From Eledone cirrhosa (Eukaryota): a DNA stretch of 64,000 nt. Location of the stretch: NCBI GenBank assembly GCA_964016885.1, contig OZ024740.1, positions 59,830,001 to 59,894,000 of the forward strand, read 5' to 3'. Below, piece after piece: positions 10,973 to 23,100 of the stretch. The translations under genes were made by a program, and so were the position numbers. Position 1 is the stretch's first letter; every line of letters begins with the position of its first letter. The notes beneath the pieces are model-generated. The model was not told the origin of the DNA. It was given only the letters and a program-made list of their open reading frames with translations, and did not search any database.

Positions 10973-11153
10973 ATAATTGTTTTTACTTTTGGCACAAGGC
11001 AAGCAATTATCCCAGAGTATTACTGGTACTTTATTTTATCGACCCCGTAAGGATGAAAGGCAAAGTTAACCTCGGCAGGATATGAACTCAGACCATAAAG
11101 GGCTGTAACTCTTTGCTGCAAAGCATGGCGTCCAATCATCTACCGATACTGCA
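10973..11153 (-). mobile_element. SINE family A copy
   Basis: Same body and 5' region as 6858-7048, reversed. Confidence 0.85.
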
Positions 11154-11764
11154 AATAATGTTTATGTACTATACTGTGTATATCAGGTTTAGAATAGGTG
11201 TACCATATCTCTTTGTGTTGTAAGAAGTGACTAAAAGAATTGGCACAAGGAAGGGCATCTGGCTGTAAAATGTTATCTCAAAAAGATTTCACAATGTGGT
11301 CTGCAACGTTAACCCTTGCTTTAGCAGGGAAAATGGCCTTTAAATGCTTGCCACTATATGAAGAGAAGAAGAGAATTACAAAATTTCTGGTATGTCCCTT
11401 ATTTTTCTGAGAATGATATATGATATACAAGATTTCATAGAAAATTTACATCAACAAGCAATCAGCATGTTTAGCTTAAGTTGGGTACTGTGCTGCTATT
11501 TTACAATTTGATTATGTAATAATGGAATACATTGAATTCTCTCACTATCATATTCTATTTGTTAATATCCCCACTTATCAGTGTCATGTAATGCTGGTTA
11601 ATTTATGTAACTATTCAACTTCAAGAGATATCTCCTAGTATTTAATGATAAAACTTTAACTCAACTATTAATGCTTGTAAAACATTACAAATAAATATAT
11701 GTTAGATATAGTAATTATGAATAAACATACATAATTAGTTACAGTAATTATGAATAGACATCAT

Positions 11765-11876
11765 CTCATTTTTCTGACATTTGTACATTATTCTATGTAC
11801 TATACATGCACCTTTGATGAGGTGTAGTGCACCTGAGCACTGTACACAATAATTTCATTATTATTATTATTATTAT
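11765..11876 (+). mobile_element. CR1-like LINE extreme 3' end
   Basis: Matches 13385-13488 (stem-loop plus ATT tail). Confidence 0.85.
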
Positions 11877-11907
11877 AATTAACATTATCGGCAGTTGTAA
11901 AGTAGTG

Positions 11908-12016
11908 ATAATTGTTTCTACTTTAGGCACAAGGCCAGCAATTACCCAGTGCATTACTGGTACTTTATTTTATCGACCCCGTAAGGATGAAAGGCAAAGT
12001 CAACCTCGGCGGGATT
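11908..12016 (-). mobile_element. Truncated SINE family A copy
   Basis: TTGTTTCTACTTTAGGCACAAGGCCAGCA...GGCAAAGTCAACCTCGGCGGGATT. Confidence 0.85.
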
Positions 12017-12487
12017 GTGATAATGATGATGAGTTAGTTACAGTAATTATGAATAAACATATATAATTAATTACATATTGGCAATTAGGTGAATTATGAA
12101 ATCATCTTGTGTGTTGAGAGAGGCAAGAATGAGAGAGAAAAGGGAGAGAAAGTACAATTGAGGAGCCTATTTTTTTTTTCTGTCTTATCAAATTGAGTTC
12201 CTAAACCACAAACAAGCACCATAGTTCCAACAAACCACTCAACCCCCTAGAGTTAGCTACCAAGTCTTCTTCACATCATACACTACTATCAACTTCATCA
12301 TTATACATCTGCATCTAATTTAAAATAAATACACAGCATCCTTGTGTGTCATAAGTGACTAAAAACGTTAGTGTCAGAAAGAACACCTGGCTGTAAAACA
12401 CTGCCTCAAAAAGTCCCATCCAACCCATGCCAACATAAAAAAGTTGATGTAAAAAGATTGATGCAACAAAGGAGTCCTCTCTACCTT

Positions 12488-13625
12488 TTAACCTTTTAAC
12501 ATTTACATTACTCTGTATTTGTATGTTTGTGGTAGCCACGGTACTGAAATATGCAGATGACATCAAGCTGTACCTTGAAATCAAAAGGACTAATCCTGAA
12601 ATCTACAACTCTTTCCTACAATCAGACCTGGACACAATGCAGCAATGGATCACAGACTGGCAACTGAAGCTGGGAGGAAAAATCCAGCGTCCACATACTC
12701 CCTCCACAACACTGATATCAAGAAGTCCTCTTGTGAACGTGACCTGGGCATTACTGTCAGCAGCGATTTGCGTTGGACAAAGCATGTCTCTAAGATTGTC
12801 AAGAAGGCCGAGGGTGTCTTGGCATCGCTCAGCAAGACCTTTGTTAGCCGCCCTCCAGCCATCTTTTTAAAACTGTATACAGCTATGGTACGACCACACT
12901 TGGAATTCGCATCATCACTCTGGAACCCCTATCTTGCTCAGAACATTGACCTCCTGGAAACTGTTCAGAGACGTGCAACCAAGCGCATACCCTCCATCAG
13001 ACACCTACCATACTCTGAACGCCTTGCTTCCCTGGGCATGGATTCCTTGAAGCTCCGACATCTGGCAATGGACTTGGTAAATACCCACAAAGTTATTAAC
13101 CATCTCGCCAATTGCAACCCTGAGCACCTTTTTGATCTCCATGTGTCTAACACATGGGGCCATACCTACAAAATCAGAAAACAGCACAGCTCCCATGACT
13201 TTCGTAAACATTTTTTCACGCTCAGAGTTGCTGAAGCATGGAACAAACTGCCTGCGTCAGTTGTTAGCTGCCGAGACACTGCATCCTTTAAGACACTCAT
13301 GCTTCCCGAAATACTCCAAAACTACACCTGATGTACCCCTTCCATACACATGCACACATGTGTGTATCACGACTCATGCACTGTTCATTTTCCTGATGTT
13401 TGTACATTACCCTATGTACTATACATACACTTTTTGATGAGTTGTAGTGCACCTGAGCACTGTACACAATATTTCATTATTATTATTATAATATGGAATC
13501 TATGAGATTTTGATATTATTTATTTTGAGAACAATACCTTAACAACAGTATGAGTGGCTGGTTTGAACAGCAAAAGGTGAGAGAATTTTGATCAGATATG
13601 GCCGGTTTAAATGCTAAAGGGTTAA
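12488..13625. mobile_element. piggyBac-type (TTAA) MITE interrupted by a CR1 insertion
   Basis: 12488-12534 and 13489-13625 match the two ends of the intact MITE at 16201-16419 in reverse orientation; TTAA at both outer ends. Confidence 0.75.
12535..13488 (+). mobile_element. 5'-truncated CR1-like LINE (RT C-terminal region, 3' UTR, ATT tail)
   Basis: LKYADDIKL, LQSDLD..QQW...WQL, then after a frameshift ERDLGITVSSDLRW, YTAMVRPHLEFAS..WNP, LETVQRRATK, FFTLRVAEAWNKLP*. Confidence 0.9.
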
Positions 13626-13942
13626 GCATAATTTCTACATCTGAATGGCCTTTTTAATGCATCTCTAAAGAAAAATTGGAAGTGCACATTGGACAATGTA
13701 GTTAGCCTTTGATATACAAAAAGAACACTGTTGTGGTTAGAATATATTTGATCAATTAGGGTTAACCTGGGGCTAAAAAAACAGCATCAATAAAAGTAAT
13801 TAATTATAGGTGTGTTCGATCAGGTTGATCTGGGGTTAAGCAACAGCAATAATAACAAGGCTAAGTGCCTTTTTATTGTGACACTAGCACTACATATATC
13901 ATCATCAGTTAATATTTGATTTCCCTGCTAGCAAGGATATAT

Positions 13943-13943
<1 letters not shown>

Positions 13944-13992
<49 letters not shown>
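13944..13992. repeat. (TA)n microsatellite
   Basis: Direct inspection. Confidence 0.95.
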
Positions 13993-13996
<4 letters not shown>

Positions 13997-14143
13997 AGGA
14001 GTTGACAGACCCAGAGTATTTATCAGTGCCAGTACCGGTTGTATCTCAGCGTACTCAATAGGCAATGTAAGATACATTCCCAGAGTATACACATAGTTAT
14101 TCGCTTCAATGCAACACACGTAAAACGGGTGCCTATAATAGTT

Positions 14144-14254
14144 CCCGGACTAGAGTTTCGGCCACAATTAATGCAGCAGTAGGATGCACTGCACCCTCTG
14201 TCTGCATATATTATGCAACAATGCATAATCGGCTTATGTGGCTTCATCAGCGGG
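14144..14254 (-). ncRNA. Type-I hammerhead ribozyme with branched, expanded stem II
   Basis: Minus strand CCCG-CTGATGA-A-GCCACA-[70 nt, two hairpins]-TGTGGC-C-GAAAC-TCTA-GTC-CGGG. Canonical GUC triplet; predicted cleavage between 14148 and 14147. Confidence 0.75.
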
Positions 14255-14587
14255 TATCACCTAATCACTAACGAATTGGTCGACAGAATCCAAACCCCAG
14301 CCCTTGCCGGCTATGACTGTTTGTCACGGCCGACACAGTAAAGTGATTAGCAACTGGAATCTGATACAACTCTATCCCGCGACCAGCCACCGATTTACAA
14401 ACTTTACGTGGTGGCGGGAGAGTAGAAAACAAATATTTATATATATATAAGCAAAAGGGATATTCAATTTGTTGGTAATTCAACAAATATAAATGTTTAT
14501 AACTGATTCAAAGCACTCAACAAGTTTTCTGGAGTATAATATTCAATGATATTAAATAAATGGAAACTATATTTATAAAACCATTTT

Positions 14588-14648
14588 TATTCTATTATAT
14601 ATATTTCAAGGGTACCAAAACTTTGGTACGCCCTCATCAGATAAAATA
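14588..14648 (-). ncRNA. Type-I hammerhead ribozyme
   Basis: Minus strand TATTTTAT-CTGATGA-GGGCGTACCAAAGTTTTGGTACCCTT-GAAA-TATATAT-A-ATAGAATA. 8-bp stem I, long stem II, palindromic stem III, AUA triplet. Confidence 0.75.
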
Positions 14649-15099
14649 CAAAGTTTGTTTTATAAATATTGACATAACCAAGAAGAAGAACTTAATGGTT
14701 CAAGTTTTTCCTGGATAGTAAAGGAAAGAAGGGAAAGAGAAGAAAAGTCAAATGTTTCAAATTATTAAGATGAGTATGCAAATGAGGTTGAGGTATAGGG
14801 CTGAAAAAACGTTATTTTTAGACGCTATGTAGATTTAAATAATTATTAGGATATGTGTATATATGTGTAGGAAGAAGAAAGAGGTTATATTTAATTTGTT
14901 GGGATACAACAAGCAAAATATTTTTTATAACTGATATAAAGCACTCAACAAATTATTGGAGTAAATATACAATATATTAACAAATGGAGACTATATTTAT
15001 AAAACCATATTTATTTCATTATACATACTGAGACTCCAACAATGAAGGTTGCATTTTTCAGGGTATGTCAATATTTATTTATAAAACTAATCTATATTA

Positions 15100-15165
15100 T
15101 ATTTTATCTGATGAAAGCGCACCATAATCTGCCTTGGTGGCCCTTGAAATATGTAAAATGAAATA
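15100..15165 (+). ncRNA. Degenerate hammerhead (inverted paralogue of 14588-14648)
   Basis: TATTTTAT-CTGATGA-AAGCGCACCA...TGGTGGCCCTT-GAAA-TATGTAAA-ATGAAATA. The core is intact but the cleavage triplet has lost its U. Confidence 0.55.
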
Positions 15166-15203
15166 AATATGGTTTTATAAATATAGTTTCCATTTGTTAA
15201 TAT

Positions 15204-15207
<4 letters not shown>

Positions 15208-15262
<55 letters not shown>
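15208..15262. repeat. (TA)n microsatellite
   Basis: Direct inspection. Confidence 0.95.
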
Positions 15263-15269
<7 letters not shown>

Positions 15270-15386
15270 TATAACCTTTAGAAAATTAACAAAGAAAGGA
15301 CAAGACAAGACAACGAATGGAAAGAAATATATATATTTAATATTTTAATTAGTTACTAATAATCTTGTCTGTAAGTGATAAAGTGA

Positions 15387-15635
15387 TTAACCCTTTTGAT
15401 ACCTACTTGTATGAAACTAATTCTGATTTGATTATAGACAGTTGTTATTTGAAAGTGTTCATATCTAAATTTTATGTAAAAAGAAAGAAATGCAAATATT
15501 TAAAGTTATATTCCAAAACAACAGCTTAATAATAAACAATTTACTAAATTCTTTCGAAATTCTTAATTATTTCCATAATTAATTGAAGCATATAGACAAT
15601 GTGTTTCATTAGAAATATGTTCATGAAAAGGTTAA
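15387..15635. mobile_element. Possible decayed TTAA-flanked MITE
   Basis: TTAACCCTTTT...AAAAGGTTAA ends; related pieces near 6330-6415 and 16698-16770. Confidence 0.45.
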
Positions 15636-16004
15636 TCATAACAGAGATATAGATTCTAAAGAGTAAAAATAATGCATCAGCCAATATGAGAAATTATATA
15701 TTTATGTAATTATTTTTTTACTGCTTAGTCCCAAAGGGAATCAACACTCTTCACTTTATAATTTTCCAGGGCTTCTGAAACGGGTAGGAGGATGGAAAGT
15801 TTTCTCAGGTTGTAGATCTGACCCCAAATATTTGCAATAGTGTGGACTCTGGCAAAGGCACCTAAGTGATAGGTTGTGGTGTTAAGCTATATGATGGATT
15901 ACATCTACTACCCAAATAGGTTACAGGATCTACACTCAGCTAGAACAAATACTGGGAAGCATCTCATCTAATTCTCGAACAATTTTGCCAATTTCCTGCA
16001 CCCT

Positions 16005-16078
16005 GGACTAATAGTTTATTTTAGCAACCCCAAAAGGATGAAAGGTAAAGTTGACCTTGATGGAATTTGAACTCAAAG
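16005..16078 (-). mobile_element. Decayed SINE family A fragment
   Basis: ACCCCAAAAGGATGAAAGGTAAAGTTGACCTTGATGGAATTTGAACTC. Confidence 0.7.
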
Positions 16079-16200
16079 CACAAAATAACTTTGTCCCTAT
16101 AAATAATTATTTCTCCCTATAAATAATACATTTCTACATATATGCTGAACATTTATGTAATTATAACCTAGAGACAAATTATTAAAATACATTTTTATCT

Positions 16201-16419
16201 TTAACCCTTTAGCATTTAGACCGGCCATATCTGGTCAGAATTCTCTCACCTCTTTCTGTTCAAACCAACTGTAACTCATACTGATGTTAAGGTATTGTTC
16301 TCAAAATAAATATCAAAATCTCATAGATTCGATATTATGTGAGATAATTATGTAAGATAAAGCCTTTACCACAAATATACAATAGTATATATAAAGTCAT
16401 GTAAATACTAAAGGGTTAA
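16201..16419. mobile_element. piggyBac-type MITE
   Basis: TTAA-CCCTTTAGCATTTA ... TAAATACTAAAGGG-TTAA: TIRs beginning CCC, with a TTAA target duplication. Confidence 0.8.
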
Positions 16420-16952
16420 TCACTACCACATGTAAGTAACCAACATAAACTATAGGGATCCTCTTATGCAAACCATAATGTTATCAAGTCACAAATTTCT
16501 TAGTTTGTATAATTGTTCATATATAAGGTAATGTTTTTATACATAGAAATACCAATCCTGGACAACAAAAATTAAATACATTTAATGCTATTACCATCAT
16601 TATTGATGTCACCTTCCTCCAGACATAACTATGTAGAGAAACAAATAGCTCATAAGTTATTGTACAATTCTGTTATCTAATTTTCTTAAAAACATATTTA
16701 ACCCTTTTAATAATAAACTACCTGAAACCATCCTGGTTCTACAGTACACTACTGTATATTTCAAAGTATTTACTGTATTCTTTCATCTATTGCGAGCATT
16801 CATGTATAACGCACTTCCCTTTCGGGACAGAAAAATATCTGGAAAAGCGTAGTTTTGGTGTATAAACATTTGGTTATCGTGTTTACCATGTGTCCACAAA
16901 ACAAACAGGGAAAACAGTGAAAACAACTGTGAACAACATGGAAGAATATGCT

Positions 16953-17111
16953 ATCATCATCATCACCATCATCATTTAATGGCCATTTTCCACTCTAGCA
17001 TGGGTTAGACAGGTTATCCCATTAGAGGCAAGTTGGGTCAGATGACCGTATCTTGTTCATAGAGGACTGTTCTGGCTAAATCTCGATGACTGGATGCCCT
17101 TCCTAATGTAA
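16953..17111 (-). mobile_element. 3' part of the (ATG)n-tailed retroposon, continuous with the satellite
   Basis: (CAT)n-TTTAATGGCCATTTTCCACTCTAGCATGGGTT...CTGGATGCCCTTCCTAATGTAA runs straight into the first monomer; homologous to 7420-7573. Confidence 0.8.
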
Positions 17112-20100
17112 ACCACTCAACAGTGGGCTGGGTGCTTTTAGTTGTGACTCCTACAAGACCACTTTACAGTGTGGGATGGGTGCTTTTAGTTGTGACACCT
17201 ACAAGACCACTCAACAGTGGGATGGGTGCTTTTAGTTGTGACTCATACAAGACCACTTTACAGTGTGGGCTGGGTGCTATTAGTTGTGACACCTACAAGA
17301 CCACTTTACAGTGTGGGCTGGGTGCTTTTGGTTGTGACTCCTACAAGACCACTTTACAGTGTGGGCTGGGTGCTTTTAGTTGTGACTCCTACAAGACCAC
17401 TTTACAGTGTGGGCTGGGTTCTTTTAGTTGTGACTCCTACAAGACCACTTTACAGTGTGGGTTGGGTGCTTTTAGTTGTGACATCTACATGACCACTTTA
17501 CAGTGTGGGCTGGGTGCTTTTAGTTGTGACTCCTACAAGACCACTTTACAGTGTGGGCTGAGTGCTTTTAGTTGTGACTCCTACAAGACCACGTTACAGT
17601 GTGGGCTGGATACTTTTAGTTGTGACACCTACAAGACCACTTTACAGTGTGCGTTGGGTGCTTTTAGTTGTGACTCCTACAAGACCACTTTACGGTGTGC
17701 GTTGGGTGCTTTTAGATGTGACACCTGCATGACCACTTTACAGTGTGGGCTGGGTGCTTTTAGTTGTGAGACCTACATGACCACTTTACAGTGTGGGCTG
17801 GGTGCTTTTAGTTGTGACTCCTACAAAACCACTTTACAGTGTGGGTTGGGTGCTTTTATTTGTGACACCTAAATGACCACTTTACAGTGTGGGTGGGGTG
17901 CTTTTAGTTGTGACTCCTACAAGACCACTTTACAGTGTGGGCTGGGTGCTTTTAATTGTGACTGCTACAAGACCACTTTACAGTGTGCGTTGGGTGCTTT
18001 TATTTGTGACTCCTACAAGACCACTTTACAGTTTGGGTTGGATGCTTTTATTTGTGACACCTACAAGACCACTTTACAGTGTGGGTTGGGTGATTTTCTT
18101 TGTGACTCCTACAAGACCACTTTACAGTGTGGGCTGGGTGCTTTTATTTGTGACACCTACAAGATCACTTTACAGTGTGGGCTGGATACTTTTATTTGTG
18201 ACACCTACAAGACCACTTTACAGTGTGGGTTGGGTGCTTTTAGATGTGACATCTATATGACCACTTTACAGTGTGGGTTGGGTGCTTTTATTGTGACTCC
18301 TACAAGACCAATTTACAGTGTGGCCTGGATGCTTTTATTTGTGACTCCTACAAGACCACTTTACAGTGTGGGCTGGGTGCTTTTAGTTGTGACACCTACA
18401 TGACCACTTTACAGTGTGGGTTGGGTGCTTTTAGTTGTGACTCGAACAAGACCACTTTACAGTGTGGGCTGGATGATTTTAGTTGTGACTCCTACAAGAC
18501 CACTTTACAGTGTGGTATGGGTGCATTTAGTTGTGACACATACATGACCAGTTTACAGTGTGGTTTGGGTGCTTTTATTTGTGACTCCTACAAGACCACT
18601 TTACAGTGTGGGCTGGGTGCTTTTATTTGTGACCCCTACAAGACCACTTTACAGTGTGGGCTGGGTGATTTTAGTTGTGACACCTACATGACCACTTTAC
18701 ATTGTGGGTTGGGTGCTTTTATTTGTGACACTTACATGACCACTTATCAGTGTGGCTTGGGTGTTTTTAGTTGTGACTCCTACAAGACCACTTTACAGTG
18801 TGGGCTGGGTTCTTTTAGTTGTGACATCTGCATGACCACTTTACGGTGTGGGCTGGGTCCTTTTAGTTGTGACTCCTACAAGACCACTTTACAGTGTGGG
18901 CTGGGTTCTTTTAGTTGTGACATCTGCATGACCACTTTACAGTGTGGGTTGGGTGCTTTTAGTTGTGACTCCTACAAGACCACTTTACAGTGTGGGCTGG
19001 GTTCTTTTAGTTGTGACATCTGCATGACCACTTTACAGTGTGAGCTGGATGCTTTAATTGTGACTCCTACAAGACCACTTTACAGTGTGCGTTGGGAGCT
19101 TTTAGTTGTGACTCCTACAAGACCACTTTACAGTGTGGGTTTGGGTGCTTTTAGTTGTGACTCCTACAAGACCACTTTACAGTGTGGGTTGGGTGCTTTT
19201 ATTTGTGACTCCTACAAGACCACTTTACAGTGTGGGTTGGGTGCTATTATTTGTGAAACCTACAAGACCACTTTACAGTGTGGGTTGGGTGATTTTAGAT
19301 GTGACATCTACATGACCACTTTGCAGTGTGGGTTGGGTGCTTTTATTGTGACACCTACAAGACCACTTTACAGTGTGGGCTGGATGCTTTTATTTGTGAC
19401 TCCTACAAGACCACTTTACAGTGTGGGCTGGGTGCTTTTAGTTGTGACACCTACATGACCACTTTACATTGTGGGTTGGGTGCTTTTAGTTGTGACACAT
19501 ACATGACCACCTTACAGTGTGGGTTGGCTGCTTTTAGTTATGACTCCTACAAGACCACTTTACAGTGTGGGCTGGATGCTTTTAGTTGTGACACCTACAA
19601 GACCACTTTACAGTGTGGGTTGGGTGCTTTTAGTTGTGACACCTACAAGACCACTTTACAGTGTGGGTTGGGTGCTTTTAGTTGTGACTCCTACAAGACC
19701 ACTTTACAGTGTGGGCTGGGTGCTTTTATTTGTGACACCTACAAGACCACTTTACAGTGTGGGTTGGGTGCTTTTAGTTGTGACTCCTACAAGACCACTT
19801 TACAGTGTGGGTTTGGGTGCTTTTAGTTGTGACTCCTACAAGACCACTTTACAGTGTGGGCTGGGTGCTTTTATTTGTGACACCTACAAGACCACTTTAC
19901 AGTGTGGGCTGGGTGCTTTTAGTTGTGACTCCTACAAGACCACTTTACAGTGTGGGCTTGGTTCTTTTAGTTGTGACTCCTACAAGACCACTTTACAGTG
20001 TGCGTTGGTTGCTTTTAGTTGTGACTCCTACAAGACCACTTTACAGTGTGGGCTGGGTGCTTTTAATTGTGACTGCTACAAGACCACTTTACAGTGTGGG

Positions 20101-23100
20101 TTTGGTGCTTTTAGTTGTGACTCCTACAAGACGACTTTACAGTGTGGGTTGGGTGGTTTTAGTTGTGACATCTACATGACCACTTTACAGTGTGGGCTGG
20201 ATGCTTTTATTTGTGACTCCTACAAGACCACTTTACAGTGTGGGCTCTGGTGCTTTTAGTTGTGACACCTACATGACCACTTTACAGTGTGGGTTGGGTG
20301 CTTTTAGTTGTGACTCCTACAAGACCACTTTACAGTGTGGGCTGGGTGCTTTTAATTGTGACTGCTACAAGACCACTTTACAGTGTGGGTTTGGTGCTTT
20401 TAGTTGTGACTCCTACAAGACGACTTTACAGTGTGGGTTGGGTGGTTTTAGTTGTGACATCTACATGACCACTTTACAGTGTGGGTTGGGTGCTTTTATT
20501 GTGACACCTACAAGACCACTTTACAGTGTGGGCTGGATGCTTTTATTGGTGACTCCTACAAGACCACTTTACAGTGTGGGCTGGGTGCTTTTAGTTGTGA
20601 CACCTACATGACCACTTTACAGTGTGGGTTGGGTGCTTTTAGTTGTGACTCGTACAAGACCACTTTACAGTGTGGGCTGGATGCTTTTAGTTGTGACTCC
20701 TACAAGACCACTTTACAGTCTGGGTTGGGTGCATTTAGTTGTGACACATACATGACCACTTTACAGTGTGGGTTGGCTGCTTTTCGTTATGACTCCTACA
20801 AGACCACTTTACAGTGTGGGCTGGATGCTTTTAGTTGTGACACCTGCAAGAACACTTTACAGTGTGGGCTGGATGCTTTTAGTTGTTACTCATACACGAC
20901 CACTTTACAGTGTGGGCTGGGTGCTTTTATTTGTGACTCCTACAAGACCACTTTACAGTGTGGGCCGGGTGCTTTTAGTTGTGACTCCTACAAGACCACT
21001 TTACAGTGTGGGCTGGGTTCTTTTAGTTGTGACTCCTACAAGACCACTTTACAGTGTGCGTTGGGTGCTTTTAGTTGTGACATCTGCATGATGACTTTAC
21101 AGTGTGGGCTGGGTGCTTTTAGTTGTGACTCCTACAAGACCACTTTACAGTGTGGGCTGAGTGCTTTTAGTTGTGACTCCTACAAGACCACTTTACAGTG
21201 TGGGCTGTATACTTTTAGTTGTGACACCTACAAGACCACTTTACAGTGTGCGTTGGGTGCTTTTATTGTGACATCTACATGACCACATTACAGTGTGGGT
21301 TGGGTGCTTTTATTGTGACACCTACAACACCACTTTACAGTGTGGGCTGGGTGCTTTTAGTTGTGACTCCTACAAGACCACTTTACAGTGTGGGTTGGGT
21401 GCATTTAGTTGTGACACATACATGACCACTTTACAGTGTGGGTTGGCTGCTTTTCGTTATGACTCCTACAAGACCACTTTACAGTGTGGGCTGGATGCTT
21501 TTAGTTGTGACACCTGCAAGAACACTTTACAGTGTGGGCTGGATGCTTTTAGTTGTGACTCATACAAGACCACTTTACAGTGTGGGCTGGGTGCTTTTAC
21601 TTGTGACTCCTACAAGACCACTTTACAGTGTGGGCTGGGTGCTTTAATGTGTGACACCTACAAGACCACTTTACAGTGTGGGCTGGGTGCTTTTAGTTGT
21701 GACTCCTACAAGACCACTTTACAGTGTGGGCTGGGTTCTTTCAGTTGTGACTCCTACAAGACCACTTTACAGTGTGCGTTGGGTGATTTTAGTTGTGACA
21801 TCTGCATGACCACTTTACAGTGTGGGCTGGGTGCTTTTAGTTGCGACTCCTACAAGACCACTTTACAGTGTGGGCTGAGTGCTTTTAGTTGTGACTCCTA
21901 CAAGACCACTTTACAGTGTGGGCTGGATACTTTTAGTTGTGACACCTACAAGACAACTTTACAGTGTGGGTTGGGTGCTTTTAGTTGTGACATCTACATG
22001 ACCACTTTACAGTGTGGTTTGGGTGCTTTTATTGTGACACCTACAAGACCACTTTACAGTGTGGGCTGGATGCTTTTATTTGTGACTCCTACAAGACCAC
22101 TTTACAGTGTGGGCTGGGTGCTTTTAGTTGTGACACCTACATGACCACTTTCCAGTGTGGGTTGGGTGCTTTTAGTTGTGACTCGTACAAGACCACTTTA
22201 CAGTGTGGGCTGGATGCTTTTAGTTGTGACTCCTACAAGACCACTTTACAGTGTGGGTTGGGTGCATTTAGTTGAGACACATACATGACCACTTTACAGT
22301 GTGGGTTGGCTGCTTTTCGTTATGACTCCTACAAGACCACTTTACAGTGTGGGCTGGATGCTTTTAGTTGTGACACCTGCAAGAACACTTTACAGTGTGG
22401 GCTGGATGCTTTTAGTTGTGACTCCTACAAGACCACTTTACAGTGTGGGTTGGGTGCTTTTAGTTGTGACTCATACAAGACCACTTTACAGTGTGGGCTG
22501 GGTGCTTTTATTTGTGACTGCTACAAGACCACTTTACAGTGTAGGCTGGGTGCTTTTATTTGTGACACCTACAAGACCACTTTACAGTGTGGGCTGGGTG
22601 CTTTTAGTTGTGACTCCTACAAGACCACTTTACAGTGTGGGCTGGGTTCTTTTAGTTGTGACTCCTACAAGACCACTTTACAGTGTGCGTTGGGTGCTTT
22701 TAGTTGTGACATCTACATGACCACTTTACAGTGTGGGTTGGGTGCTTTTATTTGTGACACCTACAAGACCACTTTACAGTGTGGGCTGGGTGCTTTTAGT
22801 TGTGACTCCTACAAAACCACTTTACAGTGTGGGTTGGGTGCTTTTATTTGTGACACCTAAATGACCACTTTACAGTGTGGGTTGGGTGCTTTTAGTTGTG
22901 ACTCCTACAAGGCCACTTTACAGTGTGGGCTGGGTGCTTTTAATTGTGACTGCTACAAGACCACTTTACAGTGTGGGTTGGGTGCTTTTAGTTGTGACTC
23001 CTACAAGATGACTTTACAGTGTGGGTTGGGTGCTTTTAGTTGTGACATCTACATGACCACTTTACAGTGTGGGTTGGGTGCTTTTATTGTGACACCTACA

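Larger units (their letters stand above)
14480..15212. mobile_element. Direct plus inverted partial repeats, probable Penelope-like pLTR remnant
   Basis: ~14480-14603 recurs directly at ~14907-15028. ~15062-15212 is an inverted copy of ~14540-14679 and closely matches the reverse complement of 14967-15028. Hammerhead cores are present, and the region is bounded by (TA)n. Confidence 0.65.

Noticed and set aside
12645-13331. 228-aa ORF as a host gene
   Set aside because: It is the frameshifted C-terminal part of a truncated CR1 ORF2.
14030-14086. Minus-strand hairpin GTATCTTA/TGAGATAC followed by ACCGGTA
   Set aside because: Hammerhead-like layout, but both core strands are broken; not supportable.
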